Source: Vezdaea acicularis
Taxonomy: Eukaryota
Assembly: GCA_026025075.1 (NCBI GenBank)
Contig: JAPEUI010000004.1
Coordinates: 1 to 64,000, forward strand
Direction of reading: 5' to 3'
Length of the DNA: 64,000 bases
Both the position numbers and the translations under genes were made by a program. Shown here piece by piece: positions 13,767-28,063 of this stretch. The notes under the pieces were generated by a model that saw only the letters and a program-made list of their open reading frames with translations, searched no databases and had not been told where the DNA came from. Numbering within the stretch: the stretch's first letter is position 1; each line of letters starts with the position of its first letter.

Positions 13767-14808
13767 ATGGAAACCGTCAAAAACACCGTCAAAGCCACCA
13801 CAGGCTCCTCCTCCCAATTCGAAGCCGGGCACCAAGTCCCCATCCAGCACCAAGCCCAACCAGGGCTGCAATCGAAACTCGACCCCCAGCCCGCCTCGCA
13901 GACCCTCCCCTCCACCGACGGCGGCTACGACAGCTACAAAGCAGCCGGCAAGCTGCAAGGCAAGAAAGCGCTGATCACCGGCGGCGACTCTGGGATCGGC
14001 CGCGCGATCGCTATCTTGTACGCCTTGGAGGGCGCCGAGAGCTTTATCGTGTATTTGCCAGAGGAAGAGGAGGATGCGCAGGAGACGAAAAAGCTGGTTG
14101 AGGAGAAAGGCGGCAAGATTGGTCTGTATGCGACGGATTTGAGATTGGCGGCGAATTGCAAGCGTGTGGTCGAGACGGCGTTGCAGACTATGGGCGCGAT
14201 CAACATCCTCGTGAATAACCACGCTTACCAAATGATGCGGAAGACCATCGCCGAGCTCTCCGAGTAAGTTCCGCCCGCCGCTGTTCCCTGTCTTGCACAA
14301 CTCCTCACCCCCCTTTCTTTCTCCCTCTCCCCTTGTCCGTCACGCCGCATTTCTGACACATCCCTGGAAACGCAGAGAACAATGGGAAACGACCTTCCAA
14401 ACGAACATCCATCCCTTCTTCTACCTCTCCAAATACGCCCTCCCCCACATGTCCCGAGGCGACACCATCATCAACTGCGCCTCCATAAACCCGTACATCG
14501 GCCGACCCGACCTGCTCGACTACACCGCGACCAAAGGCGCCATTGTAGCCTTCACCCGGGGTCTCTCCAACCAGCAAATCGGTCACGGCATCCGCGTTAA
14601 CGCGGTCTGTCCGGGTCCGGTGTGGACGCCGTTGATTGCTTCGACGATGGATAAAGAGGCCCAGGATGGCTTGAGTTCTACCCCGATGGGACGCCCCGGA
14701 CAGCCCGGGGAGGTGGCGGCGAGTTTTGTGTTTTTGGCAAGTCAGGATAGTAGTTTGTTCTCGGGGCAGTGTTTGCATCCGAATGGGGGGGTGGTGGTTA
14801 ATGGGTAG
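13767..14808 (+). CDS. Short-chain dehydrogenase/reductase (YghA/YhdF-like); exons 13767-14263, 14376-14808
   Basis: YKAAGKL, TGGDSGIG Rossmann motif, catalytic YTATK, VCPGPVWTPLI, PMGRPGQP and HPNGG terminus. Confidence 0.93.
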
Positions 14809-15158
14809 ATCTGTGGTTTTTTTTTTTTGGGATAGGGGGGTGGGGAGGGTAGAGTAGATTAGATTGTGAGAAGATGAGATGAGATGGGATGTTGGATATT
14901 GCACATACATTCCCTCTCCCTCTCTTTCAAATTTATTTTCGTGCATACTCACTCGCATCGCTCCAGCGTCGCTGAAACAGCCCACAGCGCCGCTTTGAAC
15001 GAAAGCCCTAACCCCTCTTCCCGAATAAACCCCCACTCCTCCTCTTCCGTGAAAGAAATTCAACTTTTTTTTCCCCCCTCTCTTCTCTCCTCTCTTCACA
15101 TACGCACACACACACTCACATACCCTCTCCCCTCAATCCAAAAACAGAGAAAGAGGAG

Positions 15159-16493
15159 ATGGACGCCGCAACACCATCACCCCTCCCCTCCTCTCCCGCA
15201 GCAGATCAAACCCTTCCTCCCCCACCACCAATCCAAGAATCTTCACACTCGCCCGCGGAACCACCAAGCGCCGTGCCCGCCAAAACCCCACCCAGCTCTC
15301 CCATCCTACCAAGCTCATCTGCCCAAGCTCATTTTCAAGAGGGTGCTCCATCCCAGCCGGTCCGGGAGGTATCGTGTCTGCTAGAGGGACGGTCGGGGGA
15401 TTTGGGTGGGATGGGAGGGATGGGAGGAATGGGAGGAATGGGAGGGGGTGCTGCGCGGGGGGTGGATGCGTTTGTTGGAGGTGGTGGGCAAGATGGGGAT
15501 TTACCCCTGCTGGAGAAGGAGTCTTCACACCCACTAGATGGATTGTCGGACGAGCTGAGGGTCGGAGCTGGGGAGCTCTCGTCGAGCTCCCCAGCACCAC
15601 TTCAAGACGGAACACTAGCCCTGCTGGACGAAGAGTCTCCGTACCCACTCGATGGAGTGCGGAGGTCTTACCCGCTGGGCACGCCTTCTCGAGCTGGCAC
15701 GGACTCCGCTAGTAGTGCTCTGGGCCTGGGAGTGGGGGATGTGGAGATGGATGGTGAAGTCGTGGGGTCTGCGAGGGTGGCTTTAGAGGTTGGCACTGGA
15801 ATCCCAGCACTGCCAGAAGGGGCACGATCGATATCTCCACCACCAGTGGCTGCCGCGGCGGCGGTAGCGGTGTCAAACGTGGGCGACTCCCCAGCAGCAG
15901 CAGCAGGTCCAGACCCAACAGTCCCGCACGAAGACCCAGGCCGCGCCCCCCCTCCCCCCTCACCTCTCCCCACCCCCGACCTCTCCTCCACCATCACCAC
16001 CACCAACGCCGCCCCAACCGAAATCCCACCCCCCGCGCCCCCATCCCCACGTTCGAAAAAACTCGTAAGCCCCCCATCCTACCCCTTCCTGCACCCCAAG
16101 TCTATCAAACAATAACTAACCCCCCCTTCCTCTCCCCCCGGGGGCGGAGGTCCAAGGAACCCATCCAGACGCAACAAACCACCCACCTCCAAACTCTCTC
16201 CGCCCAGATCTCCACCCTCCGCGCCCGCCGCGACGTGGTCAGCGCCGAGCTAATGTACTCCCCCCTTCTTCCTCCCCCCCTTTCCCCCTCTTCCCCTTTT
16301 CTACTCCCCCATAACCTAACACGCATAAAGCAACCCCAACGCCGCCCAGACGGTACAACGCCATATCACGCTCCTGCACACCTATAACGAGATAAGAGAT
16401 ACCGCGCTGGGCCTCATGAGCTTGATTGCGGATGGACAGGGGGTTAGAGCTGGGGAGGTGAGGAGGCGGTTTGGGGTTGGGGGAGGTGATTAG
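15159..16493 (+). CDS. Swi5/Sae3-domain recombination mediator with long low-complexity N-terminus; exons 15159-16064, 16157-16254, 16331-16493
   Basis: The last exon is absent from the ORF track. It reads NPNAAQTVQRHITLLHTYNEIRDTALGLMSLIADGQGV, matching the Swi5/Sae3 HIxLLHxYNEIRD..GLxxxIA signature. Linking it to the 15159 ORF needs two AAG acceptors. Confidence 0.8.
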
Positions 16494-16986
16494 GGGGGGT
16501 TCTTTGTTTGATTTGGCTTTGCTGCAGATAGAGAGGGTGAGGAGGGAGGGGGTGCTATGGGTAGAGCTTGGTGTGGATGAGCAGGGGGAAGTATGGGATG
16601 GAGATGCTGCCGGCTTGAGGCTGACGGATACGACTCGGACGGAGCACGATCGGAGGAGGGGAGAGTTTTGCTCATCTCGGCATTATTCGCAGGACAGAGC
16701 TTAGCTTGTCTTAGCATTCTCGACTTGTAACGTCCTCGCTTCTAACGCAGCGGATTCTCAGATCCAAGGAAGGATCAGATATAGATCCACCTCACAAGAA
16801 CCACAAAACTCCATATCCCATGCAAACCCCCAGATCTACAGATGCAACCCCCCCTCCTTCCACAAAAAAGGAGACCAAACAACACACGCGCGAAAGGAAT
16901 CAAGACACTACCCAGCCACCGCTCCAAAGGCGACCGGCCAGCCCCCCACTCAACTCTCCCTCCGCACACTCCTTTCCGCAAAAACC

Positions 16987-18858
16987 TCAACAATTCCTAC
17001 TAACCTTCCACGTGACCAAACCCCTCCTGCCCAGCACCCTCGCAAGCGTACTCCAAACTCCATCGGTCCCAAAATCCATATCGTCGAGGTTCAGATGCTT
17101 GCGATACTCCCACGTCTTCTCGAAGAATAGGTCGCCCTTCGCGCATTGCTCTCTAGTTTTCATCGTGTAGCGGTCAAGATACGCGGCCGAGGCGGGAGCG
17201 ACGAGGCAAGTGCCGCGGGTGCGCGCGGCGCGCGAGCTGTTGCAGACGGCGCGTTTCTCGAGCTCGGCGATCATGGCGTGGGGAGGCATGCCCATGAGGT
17301 CGGTGGTGGTCATGTCGGCGTTCTTGCCGTCGAGGATCCAGATGGGGGGGCTGTACGTTTTCCACCACAGCGTCTCGGTGATGTTGTGGGAGGAGGCGAG
17401 GTTGATCTGCGAGGGGATGACGCCGCCTTGGTGGTAGATGCCCATGAGGGCGGCCATGGCCAGGTTAAAGGCCAGCCAGGCGGCGATCCAGGTCTTGAAG
17501 TTGCGTTTGGGGGCGTCGATGGAAGAGAGGATTAGCGGGATCGCAGGGATAAGGAAGCGCGCTTCTTGGTGTTGGGACAGGGAGAGGACAAGTACGCCAG
17601 AGATCGCGGAGGCGAGGCGGAGGGTGGGGCGCGGGGACGAGAGGAGAAGAAGAAAGGCTGGGCCGAGGAGGAGGGGGAGGTTGGCGACCAGGTGTTGGTA
17701 ATGTGGGTGGAGGCCGTGTTTGGCCAGGTTGGTGGGGTCGAGGTTGTACCGGAGGTTGTTGAGGGGGGTTATCACGGGGTTGTGGTAGAGCGACTTCAAG
17801 GTAACGGGCTGGGTGGTGTAGAATGAGGTGTCAGAGTAGATTGCAAAGAACAGTGCGACGGCGCTGGCGAGCACCATGGAGAGGAGGGTGAGGGGTCTGA
17901 CTACCATTAGTAAACTTCCAGCGGTTCATCAAAGTTATACGTACTTGCGCACGAAATGAGGAAACAGTCTCAGACCGGGTATCACTAGGAACGCTGGAAA
18001 TGTGATGCGGTTGAAGACGCCAAACACAACAAGGAACGCCAGTAGGCCTGACGCGAAAAGGGATGATCGTTGCTACGAACTTGTCAGCTATTGCTTGCTC
18101 GATGGGATACAACACATGTACTGACCCTATTGTCGACAATTCGTTGAATCAAGACAAGACTCCATGCGACCAGGAGCGTCTCGATTGAGTTCGAGAACGT
18201 GTGGGTTTGGTACGTCCATGTTACATACGACGATGCGACCAGAAGTACTGCAATACGTCGCTGACGTGGTGAAGGGACAAGCTCATGGATTGCCCAATCT
18301 TCAAGCACGAAACTCAATGCAAACATCAAGATGCGCAAGGTCCAGAATACCACTGCCGGCGTGACATCTTCGTCGTTACCGCTTCCAATCCACACCCATC
18401 GGAGCAATAGCATCGGAAGACCGTATACAGGCCATAACGGGAAAACACTGCGCACCGGATGCGCGGACGTAAATTCCCACGTAAGATGCACAGGATATGT
18501 AAATATTTGACCTATATGCCGATTGAGCGGTCAGCTTTCCCTACTATGCCTATGGTGGATAAGACTGGTAAAGTCTGCGAGAAGCCAATAACATTTGAAG
18601 CTTATGCAGACCCATGCAGTGGCTTGTGAAGATAGCTGCAGATGCTTGACTTTAATAGTCTTTCCATGAATCTGAGCGGATTGATGTTCATGCTATTATC
18701 GCGATAAAGGTAGACGATGATCTAGTCCTGCAATAAAAGTGGTACGTACCAGCAATGACTTCGGGGCCTTGAAAGTTCTCGTCAGGGTGTAGATAACTTG
18801 GCGACAGGGCGAAATAGAGCCGCAGCAAAACTAGCAACAAATATGTCCTTCTCCACAT
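16987..18858 (-). CDS. SMP3: GPI mannosyltransferase 4 (GT22, Smp3/PIG-Z), multi-exon
   Basis: [74 protein letters not shown] and WWKTYSPP. First intron 18749-18512. Confidence 0.93.
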
Positions 18859-19923
18859 GATTTGCGACCAAATATCAGTCGTGAGCTTCTCGAGCTCGAA
18901 GTCTGCGCATTGCTGCGATAACAAGAGGTCCGAGCAAGTCAGATACAAATCTTGACCTGGGGCTCGATAAAAAAGGTTGGGGAAGCTCGCTCAAAGGGGC
19001 GGACCGCGCATTCGTCAATCAGGTTCAGGGAGATTGCAACAGAGTGCCAAACTAGGAAGGATCGGGAAAATATTTCTTCATCACAACGTCATCATCTAGT
19101 AGAGACTCTGGCTGTGAAAGGAAGAGCGGAGAAATCCTGGAAATTGGAGAAAGCTTTGGCATCTCTTGCCAATCGTGTCAAGCTTATGCTACTATCGTTC
19201 TAATAGCAAGCTGGAGCTTCCCTGTAAACACTTGGAGAACGCGACAGATTTGGCAAGGCGCAAACGCCCTGGCATGAAGCGACCAGTCTCTTTCAATTAC
19301 TAGCGTCCTTATTCACGTGATCATCTATCAGACAAGGCTGACGGTGTGAATATCACTAATACGCAGGCAGAAATATATGGAGTATCCTATACAAAAGAGT
19401 ACCCTGTCTGGCCTCTTCAGATCCTGGAAAGAGAGCTCGTTCAGCGTCTGCTTCAGCCTTGCACTCCAGTAGGCACCACTACAGCCCAGGCAGTAACTGT
19501 GACTTGCATACTTCAGGTGAATAAAAATCTGCCACTGGTCTAAAGTAGCCTGAATTTACTAGAACCCACTAGATAGAACATTTGAAAGGGAAGGCCCTCC
19601 TTGACAGCACTTTACACCCTCAAACCTTCGGGACTTTGACCAACCCGACACAGGCTAAGTTCGGCTGCTTTCTCACCACACCATTCGCTTAGTCCCCAGT
19701 TCTGTTGCGGCCAGGCCCGTTATAAAGTCCCGAAGAGCATCTGCTACTTAGGAAGTTCTTCATCTTTCCATAACTCGCAAGTTGAATCCAACATTCTCTA
19801 CTTAGTCCCTCCAGATCCCCCCATAGCCAGTGAGTTTCTATGACCTGCAAATCCTGCATCGTCATACTCATCATCAAACTAATCGTATTTAGAACCGGGC
19901 AACCAAGCACGCCACCAGCAACC

Positions 19924-20520
19924 ATGACTACTGGACCAAAAATAACCCTCACGCCAATGGATGGTGGTGAAGTGGTAGTGGGTAGGGCATCTGTTTCCTC
20001 TCCAGGACTGTTCACATTGTCGCGCAGGACACGTTACATTTGTCTTGCTGTTCACAGTACGCTAACATGAGAAATTCTAGACAAGGCCGTTGCTGAGCGA
20101 TCGGTCCTAATCAAGCACATGTGCGAAGATGTGGGCGACGAGGCGATGAATATGCCTATCCCGATACCGAACGTGAACGAAGCCGTGTTAAAGAAGGTCA
20201 TCGAGTGGTGTGAATACCACCGCAATGACCCGCCAACCGCCCAGGAAGACGAATCGGATTCTCGCAAAAAGACGACAGACATCGATGAGTGGGATCAGAA
20301 GTACATGCAGGTTGACCAAGAGATGCTTTTCGAAATTATTTTGGCATCCAACTACCTTGATATCAAGGCGCTGCTGGACGTTGGTTGCAAGACTGTCGCG
20401 AATATGATCAAGGGCAAGTCACCTGAAGAGATCCGTAAGACGTTCAACATCACGAACGACTTCACTCCGGAAGAGGAAGATCAAATCCGCAGAGAGAACG
20501 AGTGGGCCGAGGACCGTTGA
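19924..20520 (+). CDS. SKP1: SCF ubiquitin ligase subunit Skp1; exons 19924-19981, 20081-20520
   Basis: [40 protein letters not shown] and [22 protein letters not shown]...ENEWAEDR. Confidence 0.97.
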
Positions 20521-23325
20521 TTCATAACGTCAATAAGACCAATTTAAATGTACTACAAGCACGGGCTCCAAACACTTCTGCAAAGCAGCTTTGTTCCAGT
20601 GGGAACTTGGACTGAGCGACTCGTAAAGATTTCCCCATCTCTTCTGCATAAACTTTAAGGCTTTTTCGGCGTCGGTTACTTTCCATATAAGGCGTGGCTG
20701 AGCGTTTCAACGGTCTCACAGAAAATTACGTACTGCCTCATGATTAGTGGTGTACCAGGGAAAAGACAATCGATATTTTCTAAATGGCCAATCCTTGCTC
20801 AACTTGCACGGGAGCTGGGCTTTAAATTAGGATCATGTCTCTACTCAGAAATCTGATGCAGTCTCTATAATCAACCACTGGCATATGCTGAAATAACGTC
20901 CAACCGTGCCCATGCCCGCCTTGAGGTATTCTACGCGTATTGCGTATGTTTAGGTTATCGATTGGTATGAAGATATACGACGTCTGATTTCCGGGCCCCT
21001 TGGAGGTTGTTCGACTAGCCAGTGCTTCGTTTATATGTTAGACATCTAACCTCCTCCTATCTTCTAAATCTACCTCTGTACAGTATCACGTATCGATCAC
21101 TTAGGCGCTGAGACAAATATTTGAGCCAGACATCGGATTCCATTGCTAACCCTACATGAGCAAGCTATGCATGTTCCCCCATCTGCCCAGCACCCCTACA
21201 TTCCCATCCCATCCCCCCATCATTCCCGCCCGTAGTGCATCGAAAATTCGTGTGTAAGTGGATGAAGGATAAGAGGTGATTAATCTAGATGCCGATTCTC
21301 GTTTTACGCCAGTGCCTCCGTTTTGCGTTATATCTGTCCACCATCACACATCAGTACCCATCTCCACGGTGTCCGTATTGTTCCAGACAAGCCCACCCAC
21401 GTACCGAATTGTATTTCCCGTTCGGAGACGAATCCATTGAGGGATGGGTCTGTTCTGCTTCTGCGCTCTTGCGAGCTTCTGCTTCGTGCGGAAGGATTTG
21501 TGGCTCTAAAGTGAAAGTCGATTCGTCAGTCATTGCGTTTCATTATCCCGTTCTTCAGCTCGAACCCTTTCTGAAGACCCAGCTTGTGTCTCCAGATTCT
21601 TCGTTAATGATTGATAAAGGGAAACATACAGGCATTTTCACAACTTGCCGCAGCTTGAGTACCGTCTGGTGTTGATGAGGTCGTAGTTCCTAGCAGTGAA
21701 ACTTCTTCGCGAGATTGAGTGGTGTGCACTTAGCGAGCCCTAATCACGTGACTTAGGAGAGTCGGCAAGACATGCGTTTGACAGGTGCAGCTAAGGGGGC
21801 ACCCCGCGATCCACGCGAAACTGCCTCAAGTCTCAGATAGCGCAGGGTACAGCTCTTAAAGGTAGCATTGAACGTTCTGGATGCTTACTCATGTGTACGA
21901 AGTCCCAAGAGCCCAAGACTTCTTCCTCGTCATCAACGTCCTAATGCAGTATGCAATTCGTTTGCATAATATTCAGCTACTGGATACGCGAGGTGTGCAT
22001 AAAGTTTTCAGACGGAGTTCGTTTCTCCCGACTACGACGCCATACACGTATTTCCACCCGCATAGCGCAAGGCAGCAGCGTTTTGCACTTGGTTAGGAGA
22101 ATGATCCTCTATATCGGTGACCGCATGAGGAAATATCTAATTTGCTTGAAGGCGATCGTTTCAAAAATTATAAGGGGGGGTTGTCTGTGCGACCAGGCAA
22201 CAGCGAAATGCTTCGTTAGACGCGATCAGTGCGTCTGGAGCAGCTCGCCCTTTCCAAAGATGTGGGACAAGGCCAAGGCGGGTGTACCTACGCGGTCTTA
22301 TCAATCGTTAGATCTACGGCCGTACGAGTGAGGAGCCTGTTGCGTTCACAATCAGATTGGGCTGACACTGACAAGGCGTTAAACCCTGCGTGATATCATC
22401 GTAAGTAACATGGACAAATGCTAGCACCCAAAGAGGCAAAAAATGACGAAGTTTAAACGTCTTAACGATGGTTCATCGCTTAGGCCTACCACACCGCTAA
22501 GACTTCCAAGCCCCTCAGAGCGATCAATTCACCACGGCGGCATCCGAAGACCCTGAGTAGCCGCCATGAATTATCCATCAATGTGCGATGCGCGAGTGAC
22601 CATTCGGCCGAAAGTTGGTGCGCGTGGTGTGCGCCGTATCAGTCCCAAATCCAAATGAATTCTCATACGACAGCCATGGCAGGGAAGGGGTTCGTTCCGA
22701 ACTGTAATGCCCGGATCGACGAGTCATCGCGTGTTCGTGGAGGGTCGGCGAAGTCGGGGGGCATCCGCCGATAGGCTTGGCAGGCGGGGACTTGGTAAGC
22801 GAGCAATTGACACCTTATTTCTGTTGTGGCCTGGGCTCGTTCATAGCCAAAACCGCTCGGAGTAGAGACATCCCGACCTTGTGCTCGCGTCTGCATGGGG
22901 CAACAATCCCCCGTATTCCATAAAGTCGAGGAGGCGCCCGTTCATGGCATCTTCCCTTTGCCCTTCCTGTATTCCTTCTCAAAACCCCCTCTCTTCGAAG
23001 ACCCTTTGTATTACAAGTCTCCGGCGTTGAGATTACTGCGGTCGCCTCACCAAGGCATCTCTTTTCTTCTGTAGATCTTCTTGCTTGCCGGGCTCTTTCT
23101 TATACGGACACACCCACACCCTCACCCACACCAACACCTCGACGCAGCCGTCAGTTCGGCCCAGCCGAGCAAATAGAGAACTGCTGACGAACTCAAAGCA
23201 GTTTTCTGTCGTTGAGTTGGCAGTGGTGCTTGTTTTCCGGCTACTTGAAGAGCAGCTCGTCCTGCATTTCTTCACCAGCCCTGTCGCGATTCCTCTATCG
23301 CTCTCTTCGATAATCATTTTCAATC

Positions 23326-26300
23326 ATGGCGATCGATAAGGCTGAGAAGCGGCTCTCTGCTTCCTCAAGCGATGCCCCCTCTTCCAACGAGATTAACGAG
23401 AAGCCTCCTCACGACACCTATGCGTCTGGGGATAAAGTCCTGGAAATTGACAAGCTCGACTCCAAGGTTCTCAAGGCTGACGACGACAAGGAAGATGATC
23501 CGTTTGGACATCTGCCCGATCATGAGAAAGAGATCGTCAGACGTCAGCTGGAGATCCCTGAGATCGCTGTCAGTTTCAAGACACTCCTCCGCTATGCAAC
23601 AGTCAATGACATTCTTCTTATGGTTCTTAGCGCCTTTTGCGCGATCGCTGGCGGTGCAATCATGCCATTGATGACGGTCATCTTTGGTCAACTAGCCGGT
23701 ACTTTTCAGGGGCTTTTCAATGGGACTCTTCCGCATGACACTTTTAACCATCAGCTCTCACACTTTGTGCTATACTTCGTTTATCTCGCTATTGGCGAAT
23801 TTGTCACTATATACATCGCAACCGCGGGTTTCATTTACACTGGGGAACATATTTCTCAAAAACTCCGCGAGCATTACTTAGCGGCCATTCTTCGTCAAAA
23901 TATCGCATACTTCGACAAGCTTGGAGCCGGAGAGATCACGACAAGAATTACTGCAGATACGAATCTTGTTCAGGATGGGATCTCCGAAAAGATCGGTCTT
24001 ACGCTCACAGGGATAGCCACATTCCTCACGGCTTTCATCATTGGATTCGTCGAGTATTGGAAGCTCGCGCTTATACTTATGTCAACGATAATTGCCATAA
24101 CGGTCACCATGGGGGGCGGCTCGGGCTTCATTGTCAAATACAACAAGCAATCATTAGACTCCTATGCCCTAGGAGGTACGGTTGCTGAAGAGACTATAAG
24201 TTCAATTAGAAATGCCGTCGCATTTGGAACGCAAGCAAAACTCGCTCGGCAGTATGACAAGCACCTCACAGAGGCCGAAAAGTGGGGCCTGAAGACCAAG
24301 TCTACGCTCGGTATTATGATCGGCTTCATGTTCATGTTTATCTATTTCAATTACGGTCTAGCATTTTGGCAAGGCTCGCGCTATCTTGTCGCTGGAGAGA
24401 TGAGTCTGCAAAAGGTTCTCACTATTCTTCTAGCAACTATGATTGGAGCTTTCTCTCTCGGCAATATTGCGCCGAACGCGCAAGCTTTCACTACTGCAGT
24501 TGCAGCTGCAGGAAAGATATATGCGACAATCGACAGAGTTTCTCCGATCGACCCATCCTCTCAAGCTGGGGAAAAGCTCAAGGAGGTTGATGGCGCTGTA
24601 GAACTTCGTAATATCAAGCACATCTACCCTTCTCGACCCGAGGTTGTCGTTATGGAAGACGTCAGCCTTTTCGTCCCAGCTGGCAAGACAACTGCACTCG
24701 TTGGAGCGTCTGGATCTGGAAAGAGTACCATCGTAGGCTTGGTTGAGAGGTTTTATGATCCTGTTGGGGGAAGCGTGTTCCTTGACGGCGTCAACATACA
24801 AGATCTCAACATCCGATGGCTACGACAGCAGATCTCACTAGTGAGTCAAGAGCCCACTCTCTTCGGAACGACGATCTATGAAAATATCCGACACGGTCTA
24901 CTTGGCACGAAGTACGAAAACGAATCCGAAGAGGAACAGCGAGAGCACATCATCAAAGCCGCGAAAATGGCAAACGCCCATGACTTTATCACTGGCCTTC
25001 CAGAAGGCTACGAAACTAACGTCGGAGAACGAGGGTTCCTTCTATCAGGAGGCCAAAAACAGCGTATTGCAATTTCCCGCGCTGTTGTGAGCGACCCGAA
25101 GATTCTTCTACTGGATGAAGCTACATCTGCACTTGACACCAAATCAGAGGGAGTCGTGCAGGCTGCTCTGGATGTTGCTGCTCAAGGTCGAACCACTATC
25201 GTTATTGCACATCGACTTTCGACTATCAAGACCGCCGACAACATTGTTGTTATGTCCCGAGGCCGTATCGTGGAGCAAGGAACTCATGATGATCTTCTAG
25301 AGCGAAAAGGAACCTATTACAGTCTTGTTGAGGCGCAACAAATCCAGGCTGCGAACGCTGAGAAAGATGCAGAGGAACTGGCACGTCTCGAAAAGGCTGA
25401 GACACAGCTATACAAGAGTATCTCAAACGAGAAGACCGCAGGAGACTTCATGGAAGATCCGGATGATAAGAATATCGGCGAGAGATTGAACAAGACTCAG
25501 ACGCAAAAGTCACAATCAAGTGTCGCTCTTCAAAACAAGCCGACGGAAGAGGGGCCTGAATACTCTCTTTGGACCTTGATCAAGCTCATTGGTGCCTTCA
25601 ATAAGAGGGAATGGCACTGGATGATTTTCGGTCTCTTTTGGTCGATCATCTGTGGCGCTGGAAATCCAGTTGGCTCTGTCTTCTTCGCCAAGGACATTGT
25701 TGCCCTCTCCAGACCACCCTCTCAATACAAGCAACTGAGGCATGACGCAAACTTCTGGTCGCTCATGTATCTCATGTTGGGTATCGTCCAATTCATTGCC
25801 TTTGTCGGTCAAGGTGTCGCGTTTGCTTATTGTTCGGAGCGCTTGGTGCACCGAGCTAGAGACAGGGCTTTCCGCACTATGCTTCGCCAGGATATCGCCT
25901 TTTTTGATAAAGAGGAAAATACTGCAGGCGCCTTGACGAGTTTTCTTTCCACTGAGACTACTCATGCAGCTGGCATGAGTGGAATCACACTCGGGACTAT
26001 TTTGGTCGTCACGACAACACTTGTCACAGCCCTTACATTAGCTCTTGCTATTGGATGGAAGCTTGCCTTGGTAACTGCCTCAACAATTCCAGTCCTTTTG
26101 GCCTGCGGTTTTTTCCGATTCTGGATGTTGGCCCAGTTCCAACAGCGCTCGAAGACGGCTTACGCATCATCGGCAAGTTATGCCTGCGAGGCCACCTCCG
26201 CTATTCGCACAGTTGCTTCCTTGACAAGGGAAGACGATGTATGGGAGCACTATCATGACGCCCTTGTCCAACAGAGCAAGAAGAGCCTCACTTCCGTGCT

Positions 26301-27403
26301 CAAGTCGTCTATATTATATGCCTCCTCCCAGGCCTTTGTGTTTCTTTGCACGGCGCTTGGGTTCTGGTATGGCGGCACGCTCATTGGGTCGGGCGAATAT
26401 AGCATGTTCCAATTCTTCATCTGTTTTTCCGCTATCATCTTCGGCGCCCAGTCCGCAGGCACAATTTTCTCTTTTGCACCCGATATGGGCAAGGCCAAGC
26501 AAGCTTCACGGGAACTCAAGAGGCTGTTCGACCGCCAACCTGAGATCGATACTTGGTCTCAAGACGGTGCAACCGTGGACCATGTTGAGGGCACCATCGA
26601 GTTCCGCGACGTGCACTTCCGCTATCCTACTCGACCAGAGCAGCCAGTCCTTCGCGGGTTGAACCTAACCGTCAAGCCAGGCCAATATGTTGCCCTTGTC
26701 GGTGCCAGTGGCTGTGGCAAGAGCACGACCGTTGCCTTGTTAGAGCGCTTCTACGATCCCCTCGTTGGTGGCATCTTCGTTGACGGCAAAGAAATATCCA
26801 GCCTTAACATCAACGAATACCGCAAGCACCTTGCTCTCGTCAGCCAGGAGCCAACCCTCTACCAGGGCACCATCCGCGAGAACGTCCTTCTTGGCGCTGA
26901 CAGGGAAGATGTACCCGAGGAGGCGATTGTACAAGCCTGCAAGGACGCCAATATCTACGAGTTCATCATGTCTCTCCCGTAAGTCCCGCCAATCAAGATT
27001 TACTTTCCTAGCGCAAGGGACAAAAGCTAACATGAATAACAATAGTGACGGCTTCGCTACTGTCGTTGGCTCTAAAGGCAGCATGTTGTCGGGCGGGCAG
27101 AAACAGCGTGTCGCTATCGCACGCGCCCTCCTGCGCGACCCGAAAGTCCTCCTTCTTGACGAAGCTACCTCGGCGCTGGACTCCGAGTCCGAGAAAGTGG
27201 TGCAGGCGGCACTCGATGCCGCAGCCCAGGGCCGCACCACCATCGCCGTCGCGCATCGCTTGTCGACCATCCAGAAGGCTGACATGATCTACGTCTTTGA
27301 TCAAGGGCGCATCGTCGAGAATGGCACGCACGGCGTGCTCATGTCAAAGAAAGGAAGGTACTTTGAGTTAGTTAATATGCAGAGTCTAGGAAAGACTCAT
27401 TAG
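23326..27403 (+). CDS. MDR1: Full-length ABCB (P-glycoprotein/MDR) transporter; exons 23326-26978, 27046-27403
   Basis: Two TMD-NBD halves. Walker [10 protein letters not shown] and GASGCGKST, and LSGGQKQR and [11 protein letters not shown] in both halves. Confidence 0.95.
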
Positions 27404-28030
27404 TGATTCGGAAGGGTGGGTAGGTAGCATTGAGGCCAGGGGGCACATTGGGTTGCATCGGGCAATTTTGTTATCCTGGGCTTGGAAGCATAGGACTTGC
27501 GTGTCTGTCTTGTCCTGGGCGTTTATCATCTCCAGATAAGCTGGGTTGGACTGGCTTATGGTGGCGATTTAATACCACGTATCTATATCTGGTTTTGAAG
27601 TCTTCACTCTTCAGAAAACCACTCCACTTCGGCCTCCTGGAATGGGATGGTATACCATAGTATAGAACTTGCACTTTAGACTTGTTGAATATAATAGATT
27701 AAACACCAGCACTACCAGTACCACCGTATACCATTGCTTTCCTCTGTCTCCAACTTTAGGAGCTCGAGCCCATGCCTACTTATCTTCGAGCTTCCAGACG
27801 TAGCAACTCACCGTCACTGCTGTAGAAACCCTCCGTCGAAACACGGAGAGGAGCATTTCTAGCTTGCGTGAGACACTGCTAATACATACCTCCTTCCAGA
27901 GCTTGTTCGGAAAGCCCATTACAACCCACTCCCAATTCGCTCGTTCGACCCCTGCCGGCCTAAGAAAAGTTGCGAATGCCAAGGTGGCGCCATAACCACT
28001 CGGCCATCGCATGCAACGCAAAAATACTTA

Positions 28031-28063
28031 TATCACGTGTCTATCTTACTATCCCACGTGATA
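28031..28063. promoter_or_regulatory. Paired CACGTG E-boxes between convergent genes
   Basis: CACGTG at 28034-28039 and 28055-28060, forming TATCACGTG...CACGTGATA. Confidence 0.4.

Noticed and set aside
18512..18749. Long SMP3 intron as a snoRNA host
   Set aside because: No convincing C/D or H/ACA box arrangement.
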